A DNA stretch of 64,000 bases, the filler included, from Blastocystis sp. subtype 4 (Eukaryota): assembly GCF_000743755.1 (NCBI RefSeq). It is 49 parts of 49 records of this genome, joined end to end, with 100 filler letters (N's around TTAATTAATTAA, not from the genome) between each part and the next. Parts side by side here need not be neighbours in the genome. Positions count along the whole stretch, not along the records: positions 53,013 to 54,150 come from NW_014568612.1; positions 54,251 to 55,387 come from NW_014568611.1; positions 55,488 to 56,624 come from NW_014568610.1; positions 56,725 to 57,861 come from NW_014568609.1; positions 57,962 to 59,098 come from NW_014568608.1; positions 59,199 to 60,334 come from NW_014568607.1; positions 60,435 to 61,570 come from NW_014568606.1; positions 61,671 to 62,800 come from NW_014568605.1; 41 more parts are not named here. One strand, given 5' to 3'. Below, piece by piece: positions 54,083 through 64,000 of the stretch (position 1 is its first letter; every line of letters starts with the position of its first letter). Position numbers and translations under genes: made by a program. Under the pieces are notes generated by a model. It was not told the origin of the DNA, searched no databases, and was given only the letters and a program-made list of their open reading frames with translations.

Positions 54083-54150
54083 TCAAAGCTTTCCGTGATC
54101 AGGAACATACTTAGCGATGTTACCATCAGCAACAAGCTTTCCACTCTGTC
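54083..54150 (-). CDS. RPL10: 60S ribosomal protein L10 (uL16), extreme C-terminus
   Basis: GKLVADGNIAKYVPDHGKL*; TGTTTGTT at 54035-54042. Confidence 0.7.
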
Positions 54151-54250
54151 NNNNNNNNNNNNNNNNNNNNNNNNNNNNNNNNNNNNNNNNNNNNTTAATT
54201 AATTAANNNNNNNNNNNNNNNNNNNNNNNNNNNNNNNNNNNNNNNNNNNN

Positions 54251-54300
54251 ATCGAAGGCAGCCTTCGCCTTCGGCTCGGCTACCTTCTTGCCTTGAACTA
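54251..54300. repeat. GC-rich hairpin/palindrome arm
   Basis: CGAAGGC-A-GCCTTCG; the following arm is the reverse complement of 62122-62150. Confidence 0.6.
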
Positions 54301-54420
54301 ATGCTAATGGTTGAATAATGGTAAAAACAAAGTTAATACAAGAATAACTGTCACTAGATAAAACGATATATAACTAATTGATTGTCGCTTAAGAGGTATT
54401 GATTGCATTCTAATTCACAA

Positions 54421-54884
54421 ATGTCACATTGGGTTGATCTTGTAGTCGATAGGTTGATGGAAATTGATGAAAACGCATTCATGCAAAGAATGGATTTATC
54501 AGATACAAAGATTCTAAGACAGCAGCTTGTATTAAATCACGATTGAGATATGGACAAACGGAAAGATCATTGGTTCTCACAGATGGAAAAGTGAAAACTC
54601 TTTCTCATGTCATTGCTGAACAGTTCTTGCAGAAATACAAGAATCCTGATTCAAAATATGTTGCTATTCTCAATGGTGACAGAACTGATTTGCATCTTAC
54701 CAATCTCTGCTGGTGTAATGCACATCAACTGAATATGATTAAGAAGATAGGACCTAGAATCACCAAATACACTGATGGACATCAACTTTACTTCCTTGAT
54801 CATCTAGGCAAACTCACTTACAAACAACTATTCAACCTTATTAATGTGATCAAAATGTGGGATGAAGAAGAACAGAATGCTTAA
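54421..54884 (+). pseudogene. HNH (NUMOD4/HNH_3-like) endonuclease, degenerate, frameshift near 54480
   Basis: LSHVIAEQFL..NPDSKYVAILNGDRTDLHLTNLCW; catalytic H/N not conserved; intron-less. Confidence 0.65.
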
Positions 54885-54949
54885 AATGCATACTAATTCA
54901 CTTTGGCATTGTTCATATAACTGAATAGAAAACGGAATAAAAGGAGTGA

Positions 54950-55185
54950 TTAGTGTAGTAGTGTAGTAGCCTCCAAAATAATTGATACAAAGTAATTCTA
55001 CAAAAAGTCTTTTGCAAAATTGAAAAACAGGCTACTACACCTACTACACCTTCATAAATAAGTCAGTTAAACCCTCATAAATTAAAGAATATCCCCATAA
55101 ACAAGCCAGTTTATGGGCTTTTTAGTGTGGTAGCCTACTTTTTTGTAACCTACTACACTACCTACTACACCCTACCAAACCTATC
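54950..55185. repeat. Inverted iteron-like array GTGTAGTAG/CTACTACAC
   Basis: Paired repeats face each other across an AT-rich spacer; same layout as 3965-4290. Confidence 0.85.
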
Positions 55186-55293
55186 AAACAAAGTGAATAA
55201 TCAGTTACTCTGCAGTTGCTATGCAACTCGTTTAACATGTTGAACTGTTAATCTATGATTAAATACAGCTTTACCTAAAGGATAAAAGCTTGA

Positions 55294-55387
55294 TCAAACC
55301 TTTCCGTTCACACTCAAACGGATGTTGATGTAGATGTCTGAAGCGATTGATACTACTTCACCATGACGATCACGCACATCAAACTGA
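55294..55387 (-). CDS. Penton-like gene 3' end
   Basis: QFDVRDRHGEVVSIASDIYINIRLSVNGKV*; near-identical to 14157-14217. Confidence 0.6.
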
Positions 55388-55487
55388 NNNNNNNNNNNNN
55401 NNNNNNNNNNNNNNNNNNNNNNNNNNNNNNNTTAATTAATTAANNNNNNNNNNNNNNNNNNNNNNNNNNNNNNNNNNNNNNNNNNNN

Positions 55488-56624
55488 TATCACCTTCCAA
55501 TCTGTGTATTCAATCTGGAAAGGGAAATACGTTGAGAACACAGTTGATACAGTCACAGGCTTCATACCAGTGTTCGGCATTTCATTCATATCCAACTCCA
55601 TCTCTCCATAATCAACAGTCAGAGTGTAACCACTTCCTACAGCCCATCCATCTCCATATGAATCAGATCCTTCAAATGTGTAGATACCATTATCCAAACA
55701 GAAATCAACATAATAATATGCACTTGCTACAGGGAACTCGCTTACAGATCTCAATACAGTTCCTGAAGTTCCTCTTCCTTCATACAACTTCCATGAATTC
55801 TGAGAGGCATAAGAATCAGCGTAGATACGAATAGTCATCAATCCCTTGCCTCCAGTACATGCTGAAACTGAGAGAGAGATAGTGGCAGTCACATCTCCTC
55901 CAGTCATCTTAGTAGCAGTGATGGTGTAGGTTTGAGCACCATTCCCAGAAGTTGCAGTACCTGAAATCCAACCAGTATGAGGATCCAACACAATACCAGC
56001 AGGAAGAGAAGGATTGATTCTGAAGTTCATGTAACCATCTCCATTCTGAGGAATCACTTCAGCCATCTCAACATCCTTGAATACAGTGACTGAAGAATCA
56101 TAGGTGAAGTTAGGAATATCAACCAACACATTATCAGTAAACAGATCCAGAGATTGAACTCTCCAAGCACAAGAAGAATCACCAGTACCAAAGTTCTCAA
56201 ACTTGAATTGATTGTAAGGAGTATTGTTAGGGAAGTAGATTCTTCTCTTCTGACCAGGAGTTGAATAAGTGAGACCAGTGACTTCCTAGTGTCCATTCAT
56301 CTGTATCTGAGTTACGACCATACAATTTGAATTGAGTAGCCTTCTCATCATTATATGTTGTTGACCAATAGTTCTGAATCTGAACAGAACTGATCCATTC
56401 ACGACGATTGTTTGATAGAGTCACAATCAGAGAATTGGCAGCACAGGATGAATAATAGATGTTAGTTCCATAATACATATCAAAAGGATAAGTCGAAGCT
56501 CCATACATTCCAGCAGTTGAAGCAATGAATTCCCAGATATGAGATTCAGATTGTTCTGATGACATCAAACGAACCATTGCATCGAAATAGGATGTGGTGT
56601 AACTGTCAGCAATAGCAACAATGG
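55488..56624 (-). pseudogene. Module A copy with small deletion/frameshift near 56288
   Basis: TGGACACTAGGAAGTC versus paralog TGGACACTTCTGAAGGAAGTC. Confidence 0.75.
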
Positions 56625-56724
56625 NNNNNNNNNNNNNNNNNNNNNNNNNNNNNNNNNNNNNNNNNNNNTTAATTAATTAANNNNNNNNNNNNNNNNNNNN
56701 NNNNNNNNNNNNNNNNNNNNNNNN

Positions 56725-57861
56725 GAACACATTCTTCAATTCCTTCAGAACAATGGATACATAGAATTGGATTCTTATCACTTAATCGAGGAGGAAAACC
56801 TAAGACTCGACGATGATATTTCATTTCACAATCACCAAACACATAACTGACTTCATTCTTCTCTGATTGTTTCAGTGATAATGGAGCTTCTTCTTTGGAG
56901 ATGAATGTCTATGTGATAAGAATCCAGATATAAGTACTGATTCTCTGAAACCATGATTGATGGATTGAAGAATAGAGGCAAAACAACCATCCAACTCTCG
57001 ATTACAGAGAGTACAATATCCCTTTCCAATGGAACATGGAATTGGAGGGATAATAAGAGTTCGATCTAGTTGATTGGCAATCTGAACTAGAAGAGTTAAT
57101 TGTATTCGTATATCTGTTTCATTGAAGGGAAGACTCTCTGCAGTCAAATAGAGATGATCTTCAGAATCCTTCTCTTTTCTTCTTCTATATCCCAGTTCAA
57201 GCATTCTCAACTCTTTACAGATAGATCCTCTAACATAGTTGTTATGCATCATGAAGATAGAAGGAGATACTTCATCCCAAGAGTATTGATGACTAATCCA
57301 CTACAGAACTGTTGGTTGGGAAGGAGATAGGGTTTAAGATTATGTTTGTGATACACTTTCATCATTGAGTGTTGATCACCTCCTCTTGTGATGTTGATAA
57401 CATTGAGAGCTTGATCAAAGAGAGAGATTGAAAATGGATTTGATTTGGCAAAGAAGAATCCAGTACATAGAGTTGTATCTTGTTGAAAGACAATAGATTG
57501 TGTTTTCATGAAGATATGGAATTGGATTCTTGAAGAGAATAATATCAGAATCAGAATAAAGAACATTGAGATGGTTATTGAGGAGATATCGAATAACAGA
57601 AAACTTGAAGAGTGAGATGAGATAGAATGAAGATGATCCTTGATTGATGAAGTCAAGAGGCTTTTGATTCTGTTGTTGAGAAAACAAGGCAACAGGAATC
57701 TGATGATGAGTGAAGAACTGTGAATGAATGAAAAGAGAAATCCTCACATCATAGGACAATGAATCATGAACAACAACAAAGAAGGATGAATAGTTCTGAA
57801 GACTGTTGGATCGATAGAAGTCAAGAGTGAATTCTCGATATCCATAGGTGGCAACTGTGAT
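56725..57861 (-). pseudogene. Nucleotide-diphospho-sugar transferase (GT77-like), apparent frameshifts
   Basis: NVLYSDSDIILFKNP (DxD), LCTGFFF, DQ, HNNY motifs spread over three frames. Confidence 0.75.
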
Positions 57862-57961
57862 NNNNNNNNNNNNNNNNNNNNNNNNNNNNNNNNNNNNNNN
57901 NNNNNTTAATTAATTAANNNNNNNNNNNNNNNNNNNNNNNNNNNNNNNNNNNNNNNNNNNN

Positions 57962-58435
57962 CTCGAGATAATGATAGATACTTCGATACTTGAACATAGG
58001 AACAACCAAAGCATGTTTCAATGAAACTCGACTATTCTATCAATCATTATGTTGATTCAACTGTACTGGGAGAGTGGATACAAGAAACTTAGAGAATCTT
58101 CGATTTAGTATTTGTGGTGATGAACAGATGTACTTCTTATGAAAGACACATATTTCATTCTCTTTCAAAGAAGCTGATCCTTCATTGATATAGTAGTATT
58201 CTTGAGGTAAAGAATAAAGGAAATAAGAAGTATCACAACTGCCATTTGTCTGATGTTGATAGAAGCTTACATAATCCTCATAGAATTCATGAAATTGATT
58301 CCATTCTAATCTATCTGTTCTTCGAATAGACAATGGAATATTATACCTTATTGAATATGAAGAAAGGCGGGATTGTTGAGAGAGAAGGAATAGAACAAAG
58401 ATAAAGAGAGAATATGAGAATATGTACAACATAGA
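57962..58435 (-). CDS. Hypothetical type II membrane protein, 5' part
   Basis: MLYIFSYSLFIFVLFLL anchor; ORF 58040..58456. Confidence 0.4.
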
Positions 58436-59198
58436 ATATACTATATGAACTCTCAATATCCAATACTGCTAGTAATGGTTGTATTCACATTGATTCCAAT
58501 TGTTCAATGTGAATGAAGAACAAGAGATTGTGATTAATGGAAACAGAACAGAATACTGTTTGAACAATCCTAACAAGTTGATATTGACATTGAAGAATTG
58601 ATATGAATGATGAATTGTAGTGATGTTTGAATTGATGTACAGTAGTGAGAATGTCTTCTGAATATCAGTGAATGGCTTCAATACACTCGATTTCTCCTAT
58701 CTGTATCTGATTTCTCAAAAACAAATATCAACAATGACACTATCATCTTCATCAGTTCATCACAATCCTTAGCTTCTACACCCTTCTTCTCGTTCAATCG
58801 CTTTCATCTGTCTCACATTCAAATGTTCAAACTTATTAAACTTGTTGTTAATCACTCACCAATTTGACTTGAAATGGTAGAGTGATCCTTCCATCTTCTT
58901 GCCATTTCCCTCTATAGCTACCCAGAGTTGGAGGCCCATGTCGGTGACGGTTGTGTCTGCTTCCAATTTGTATATGACATACAACAAAACCACGCCATAT
59001 TCTTGATAGGTGTGATAAACAGAAATAGAGTATTGATAAGAGTATAGATGTAATAAGAATATGAGAATGAAATAAGAATAGATGATGATTGAATGATANN
59101 NNNNNNNNNNNNNNNNNNNNNNNNNNNNNNNNNNNNNNNNNNTTAATTAATTAANNNNNNNNNNNNNNNNNNNNNNNNNNNNNNNNNNNNNNNNNNNN

Positions 59199-60334
59199 AC
59201 CGGTCTCTCGATAATCAGCAATTCATCCTTTTCCACAGGTTTACAGCATAACATACTCGAATACTCCGAAATCGGCTTCACATCCATATCTAAAAATCAA
59301 AACCATCATTCTCACTCACCAATCCATTCATTCAAACACTTTACCTTCTTCTTCACATCTCTCGTTCTATGCATCAACTTCACATCTCATTTCAACAGTT
59401 GGATTCGTTTCATAACATTCTTCATTCCTCTCAAATACATCTCCTCATTCTCTGTCTTCGCCTCCTGTTTCTCTCCTTCTACACAACACTTCAACAGAAG
59501 CATCTGATCCTTGGTAGCCACACCCACAATCCGTCTCTCTGGCATCACAAACACACTCATTAACACATTCACACTACGAGCCAAATTGTAAGGAATAAGC
59601 CAAGTGATGAGATTCCATTCCTGATTAGTACAATGTCTGTCAAGGTCCCAACTAGAATGAGAGGAGAAGAGAAAGAGTACGCGATGAGAGAGTTATCAGA
59701 GAGAGAAGCAATGAGAGTATGAGTAGAAGGGACATCTGGATGACAAGTGGAATGAGCTGTGAGATGGAATGGATCCGAAGTATGAAGAATATAGAGAGAT
59801 GTGATGGAATGAGAAGGAGATGGAAGAAGTGTGGAATGAATGGCATCATTCTTCATATCCATTTGAACATGAAGAAGCCCTCGATTCATCGTTGTCACTA
59901 CGACCTGGATCGATTCATTGGCTACATTCACTTGATCCATCAAGACAGAAGTCACAGGCCACTGGATCTCTTCTGAGAGATCATGATAAATGCTTCCATT
60001 GATCTCCTCTTCACCATCAGATGAATAGACAGAAACAGAACCAGTAGCAGTCATTCCCACAATACACACTTCATCACCCATCTCCACCAAATGTGCTGAT
60101 ATCCAGGTTCCTGAAGACAATTCTGAAGGTAATTCCACAGACTCACACTAGCAATGACCTCTCATCAAAGACATTACACTCAGAGTTGTCTCATCAAATC
60201 GGAATAGTTTCACTCCCAGCATATCTCGAATCAGTAACAGACATGAATCATTCTGTTCCAACAGAGATACAGAAGCCACATTCCTCCCTCCTTGTATGTT
60301 CAATCCTATTTTCACATTCCTCATCTTTCTCTCT
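59199..60334 (-). CDS. Hypothetical (possibly beta-propeller) protein fragment, multi-exon
   Basis: Long exons separated by ~30-nt introns; no family recognised. Confidence 0.5.
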
Positions 60335-60434
60335 NNNNNNNNNNNNNNNNNNNNNNNNNNNNNNNNNNNNNNNNNNNNTTAATTAATTAANNNNNNNNNN
60401 NNNNNNNNNNNNNNNNNNNNNNNNNNNNNNNNNN

Positions 60435-61290
60435 AAGATGATGTTGTTATTGATGTTAATGATGATATGAGAATGAAATGGATTGATGATTGTGAATTGA
60501 TTGTTACTAGTTGTGTTGAATCTCTGATTATTGGTTATGATTTCAATCGACCTGATATATCATCATTGATATTGAACTATTCATTGATATCGTTGAAACG
60601 AATTGAGATTGGAAATGATTGTTTTAAGAAAGTGAATCAATTTGTGATTGATGGATTGAATAAACTGGAGACTATCATCATTGGATGGTGGTGTTTCTCT
60701 CTCAATAATGGTCCTATAGAAGGAAGCAAATGTTTGATAATGAATTGTGATCAATTGAGACAAATTCACATTGGTAAGTATTCATTCATGTATTATGAAT
60801 CACTTGAATTGAAGAATCTTCCTTCTCTGATATCCATTCAATTGGGCTGGTATGTATTCAGTTGTTGTCATTCAATAGTATTTGAGAGTATGAATGATTG
60901 AATGACTGATGAATGAGATCTGATTCGACTTCAATCCATCACTCTTGGATCACAGACTCTATGTGGTGATGGTAGTACTGTTGAAAGGAATGAGTTAGTA
61001 ATGAAGAGTATGAATGATGCTGATGATTGATTGATCAGATCTTCCTTCTCTATCTCGAATTGATGGCATTGTCAATTTCAGTAGGATAGGTAAAGTAATA
61101 TTGGATAGTAATGATTGATGATAGAATATGACTTAGACATTCCATTACTCACTGAAGATGGAATAAAGTTGGATGATTCATTCAATAATGTGTGGCAGTT
61201 GAATAGTACTAGTATGGTTGATTGATCAATAATGATTGAGATGCTGGATCTCTTCATCAGTTCATTCGACAAAGTAGAAATGTACTAAAG
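60435..61290 (+). CDS. LRR protein 3' part (family D), multi-exon
   Basis: FVIDGLNKLETIIIG, LKNLPSLISIQLG; paralog of 47545..49192. Confidence 0.75.
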
Positions 61291-61670
61291 AAAGAGAGTA
61301 GTCCACAAGAATCAGATCCTTCTGATCTTTAACCTATCATTCATTTCAATAAAAGGTTATCAGCTAGTTGTGTAATATACTAAGATATTGATTGTATTTG
61401 TTGAGAATGAATGAAACAATCTGTTCATTCATTCTTGAATCATGGATACTGAGTGATTCATATCATATCATTTCATTGTTCATAATGGAAGAAGAGAGGA
61501 TTGAATGATGAAAACAATGAGAATTGTGATGATGGATACGATTATAAATGGATTAAAGAGATTGATGAGGNNNNNNNNNNNNNNNNNNNNNNNNNNNNNN
61601 NNNNNNNNNNNNNNTTAATTAATTAANNNNNNNNNNNNNNNNNNNNNNNNNNNNNNNNNNNNNNNNNNNN

Positions 61671-61796
61671 TGAATCTGAATTTGGTGTTAATAGTACTTT
61701 GATCATAGTAATGTATGGATTGTTGAAACGATAAGGATTCTCCCATGTGAATGATCCATTTGATGGTTTGCCTTGAATGATTATTGAGTAATGCAT
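61671..61796 (-). CDS. Penton-like gene 5' end
   Basis: MHYSIIIQGKPSNGSFTWENPYRFNNPYITMIKVLLTP aligns with NFVLQG...KVYNFPNNSFITDITITLQP of 24090..25018. Confidence 0.55.
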
Positions 61797-62174
61797 TTAT
61801 TGCTAGAAAGAATTAACGACAACATTCTTGTTCTTATTGTTGCCCATGATTTGAGTTGAAATGGGTTGGATATGTGTTCCAAATTATGATCAATATGCTG
61901 CCTTTTCGAGCTTGTTTATGGGCCTTTTTGTCTGCATTTTCGTGGCGTTTTTGTCTGTTACCCTCTTCTCTGTATAGCTACCCAGGATTGGAGGCCTATG
62001 TTTGCGACGGTTTGTCTGGATAATAACAATACGTAACATACGTCAAAACACTACTACTTATGTTTTACTCTGTTCACACTAATTTGACCATTTACTTAAC
62101 CGTCACTCAACTTTTTTTCTCAGTTCAGGCAAGAACGTAGTCGAGCCGAAGAAATCATATGGCCTCAGGATGTT

Positions 62175-62318
62175 GTTATCAGATGCAAAGACTCTTATGA
62201 AACAACTATAATTAGATCACGTTTGAAATATGGAAACATATATAAAACATTGGTACTCACAAATGGGAAACGAAAACGCTACCCATGTGATTACTGAACA
62301 GTTCTAACAGAAACAAAA
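62175..62318 (+). pseudogene. Decayed second copy of the HNH-like gene
   Basis: DNA homologous to 54497-54640 with indels and stops. Confidence 0.7.
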
Positions 62319-62337
62319 GTAGATGGATGAAGTTGAA

Positions 62338-62800
62338 TCAAATCTCACTCATTATCAACTCAGTTCCTTCTCCTTCTCGAACAAATCCTTTCATCATATC
62401 TCCTTTAAACCCTCCTTCATATACTCTCATTCCATTCACATCATATTCAATCATTACTTCTTTCCATTCTCTCAATACTCTCGTCATTACTCCTTTCTTG
62501 TATTCACATTCTCTAATCAATCTTCCTCCTTCATACTCAAAACACTTACCATTCTTTCTCCATTCATCATCATATTCACTCACACTCAACAAATTTCCAT
62601 TTTCATTCATCTCTTTGAAGAATCCTTTCATTCCTTTATGCTTTGTCAATATCGAATACCGCTTTCCAATTCGATACAATCCTCTCCATATCTCATTTCC
62701 ACCATCGTAAGTAACCTTTAATCCATTCTTATCAATAACATCATTATGCTTCTTCATCGATTCCTCGATTATCTTCTCGATCTCTTTTTCCAAGGTGTCA
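62338..62800 (-). CDS. MORN-like repeat protein fragment (family D), truncated
   Basis: MIEYDVNGMRVYEGGF shared with the ORF at 47550. Confidence 0.65.
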
Positions 62801-62901
62801 NNNNNNNNNNNNNNNNNNNNNNNNNNNNNNNNNNNNNNNNNNNNTTAATTAATTAANNNNNNNNNNNNNNNNNNNNNNNNNNNNNNNNNNNNNNNNNNNN
62901 A

Positions 62902-63051
62902 GCTCATAATGCTGTTCAAAATCCTTCAACAAGTAACTGTGGATATCTGGCATTGTTGTATGCCCTCACTCATAACAAGTTGAGACCCATAGATAGGAAC
63001 AATAATCACTGTTCTTCGTTTCTGTATACAGGCAGTATGTTCTTTCTTTGA
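62902..63051 (+). CDS. Adenain-like (Polinton PRO) cysteine protease, C-terminal part
   Basis: NAVQNPSTSNCGYLALLYAL matches the Q-x5-CG catalytic-Cys motif; followed at once by a copy of the ORF preceding the ATPase. Confidence 0.55.
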   Translation, partial: AHNAVQNPSTSNCGYLALLYALTHNKLRPIDRNNNHCSSFLYTGSMFFL

Positions 63052-63061
63052 AGAAGTAAAC

Positions 63062-63118
63062 ATGAGTCAACTACTCACATAATTCAAGCTTGATTATGGT
63101 AAGTACTTTGATCAGCTA
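63062..63118 (+). pseudogene. Decayed copy of ORF 5015..5200
   Basis: ATGAGTCAACTACTCACATAATTCAAGCTTGATTATGGTAAGTACTTTGATCA near-identical to the reverse complement of 5148-5200, with CAA>TAA. Confidence 0.8.
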
Positions 63119-64000
63119 TATGATTATGATATGATAAGTATTAGTTTGAAAGTATACGTGATAGTGCAACAGATTACTCAATAGAGAGGAATCAGGGAAG
63201 AGCACACAAATCTCTGAAATATACATGAAGATTCAGAACATAAGTAGTTGAATGCGAAGACTTGGCGCTGTTAGAACACGCGATTAGCTATTTGAATGAT
63301 TGAGTGGGACACTTGTTAACGATATGTAATGAACAGCTCATATGTGATGCTTTCGATATAGTTTGATGTATGATCATGAAGGCGAATCAGTGGCAATAAC
63401 TACTAACTCCACATTAACATTTTGTAGAGTACGAATGGGAAGGTGGAACCAACTGATCATTCACTTTGAGCATAGTAGCTGAATGTTTTACGTATTGATA
63501 ACTGTTAAAAAGAAGGGGGCATATTACTTATAGCCTTCTGATGTTGCGGCGACAATAGTAAGAGTTAGGGCGGTTATATCCTACTGTCTAGCGATTATGT
63601 ATTGCATGATTTAAAGAAGCAACAATACTTCTCAAAATCTATTATTATCGACTCCTAGGACCATTTGTTGACACTTGTAACTCTAACTAATTATCCTGTT
63701 TGTTCTTCATACAGTACCAACCAAATAAGTACATACATTACTGACACCTTTTGCTGTTGTTGAACCCTTTCTGCTGTATCGTCCTCCGCATTTATCATTC
63801 AGTTATCTAGTATATAATTTGTGAATACTTCAATCATACATTATGTCGGTGGAACGGATGTACACAGAGCTCCCTCTCAAATCCAATGGCCTTGATAGTA
63901 CTGCTCTTATCGAAATCAGGCTTCTTGTGAGACTGAGGAACAGTAGTGTATGTTACCTCAGTCTGTTCCAATCGCAGTACCTTCCAGTGAGGATACTCAG

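Noticed and set aside
63700..64000. Possible minus-strand host gene 3' end
   Set aside because: Coding-like, but no family recognised and the exon structure is unresolved

Overview
This window is not a contiguous locus. It is 49 short unplaced contigs (mostly 1.1-1.25 kb, three of 1.65-1.73 kb) joined by 48 artificial 100-nt spacers (N44-TTAATTAATTAA-N44), so neighbours across a spacer are unrelated. The DNA is from an AT-rich microbial eukaryote, very probably Blastocystis: introns are about 30 nt GT-AG, the TGTTTGTT 3'-end motif recurs, and two genes appear to get their stop codon from polyadenylation. About 60% of contigs are paralogous pieces of expanded surface-protein families: 15 copies of a discoidin-like/putative-Ig module (A), 6 of a related module (C), Ig-repeat arrays, and LRR and MORN+LRR proteins. 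The rest include housekeeping fragments (RLP24, mitochondrial S16, RPL10, ERD2-like, mitochondrial carrier, P4-ATPase, ABCC, histone-fold protein, glycosyltransferases). The main unexplained signal is scattered over seven contigs: intron-less, partly decayed pieces of an endogenous Polinton-like/virophage-type dsDNA virus. These are an A32-like packaging ATPase, penton-like minor capsid pieces, an adenain-like protease motif, KilA-N, HNH, and two origin-like inverted-iteron arrays. A second signal is strand-specific C-to-G hypermutation in two pseudogenes. All family calls are by motif recognition by eye; no database search was run.
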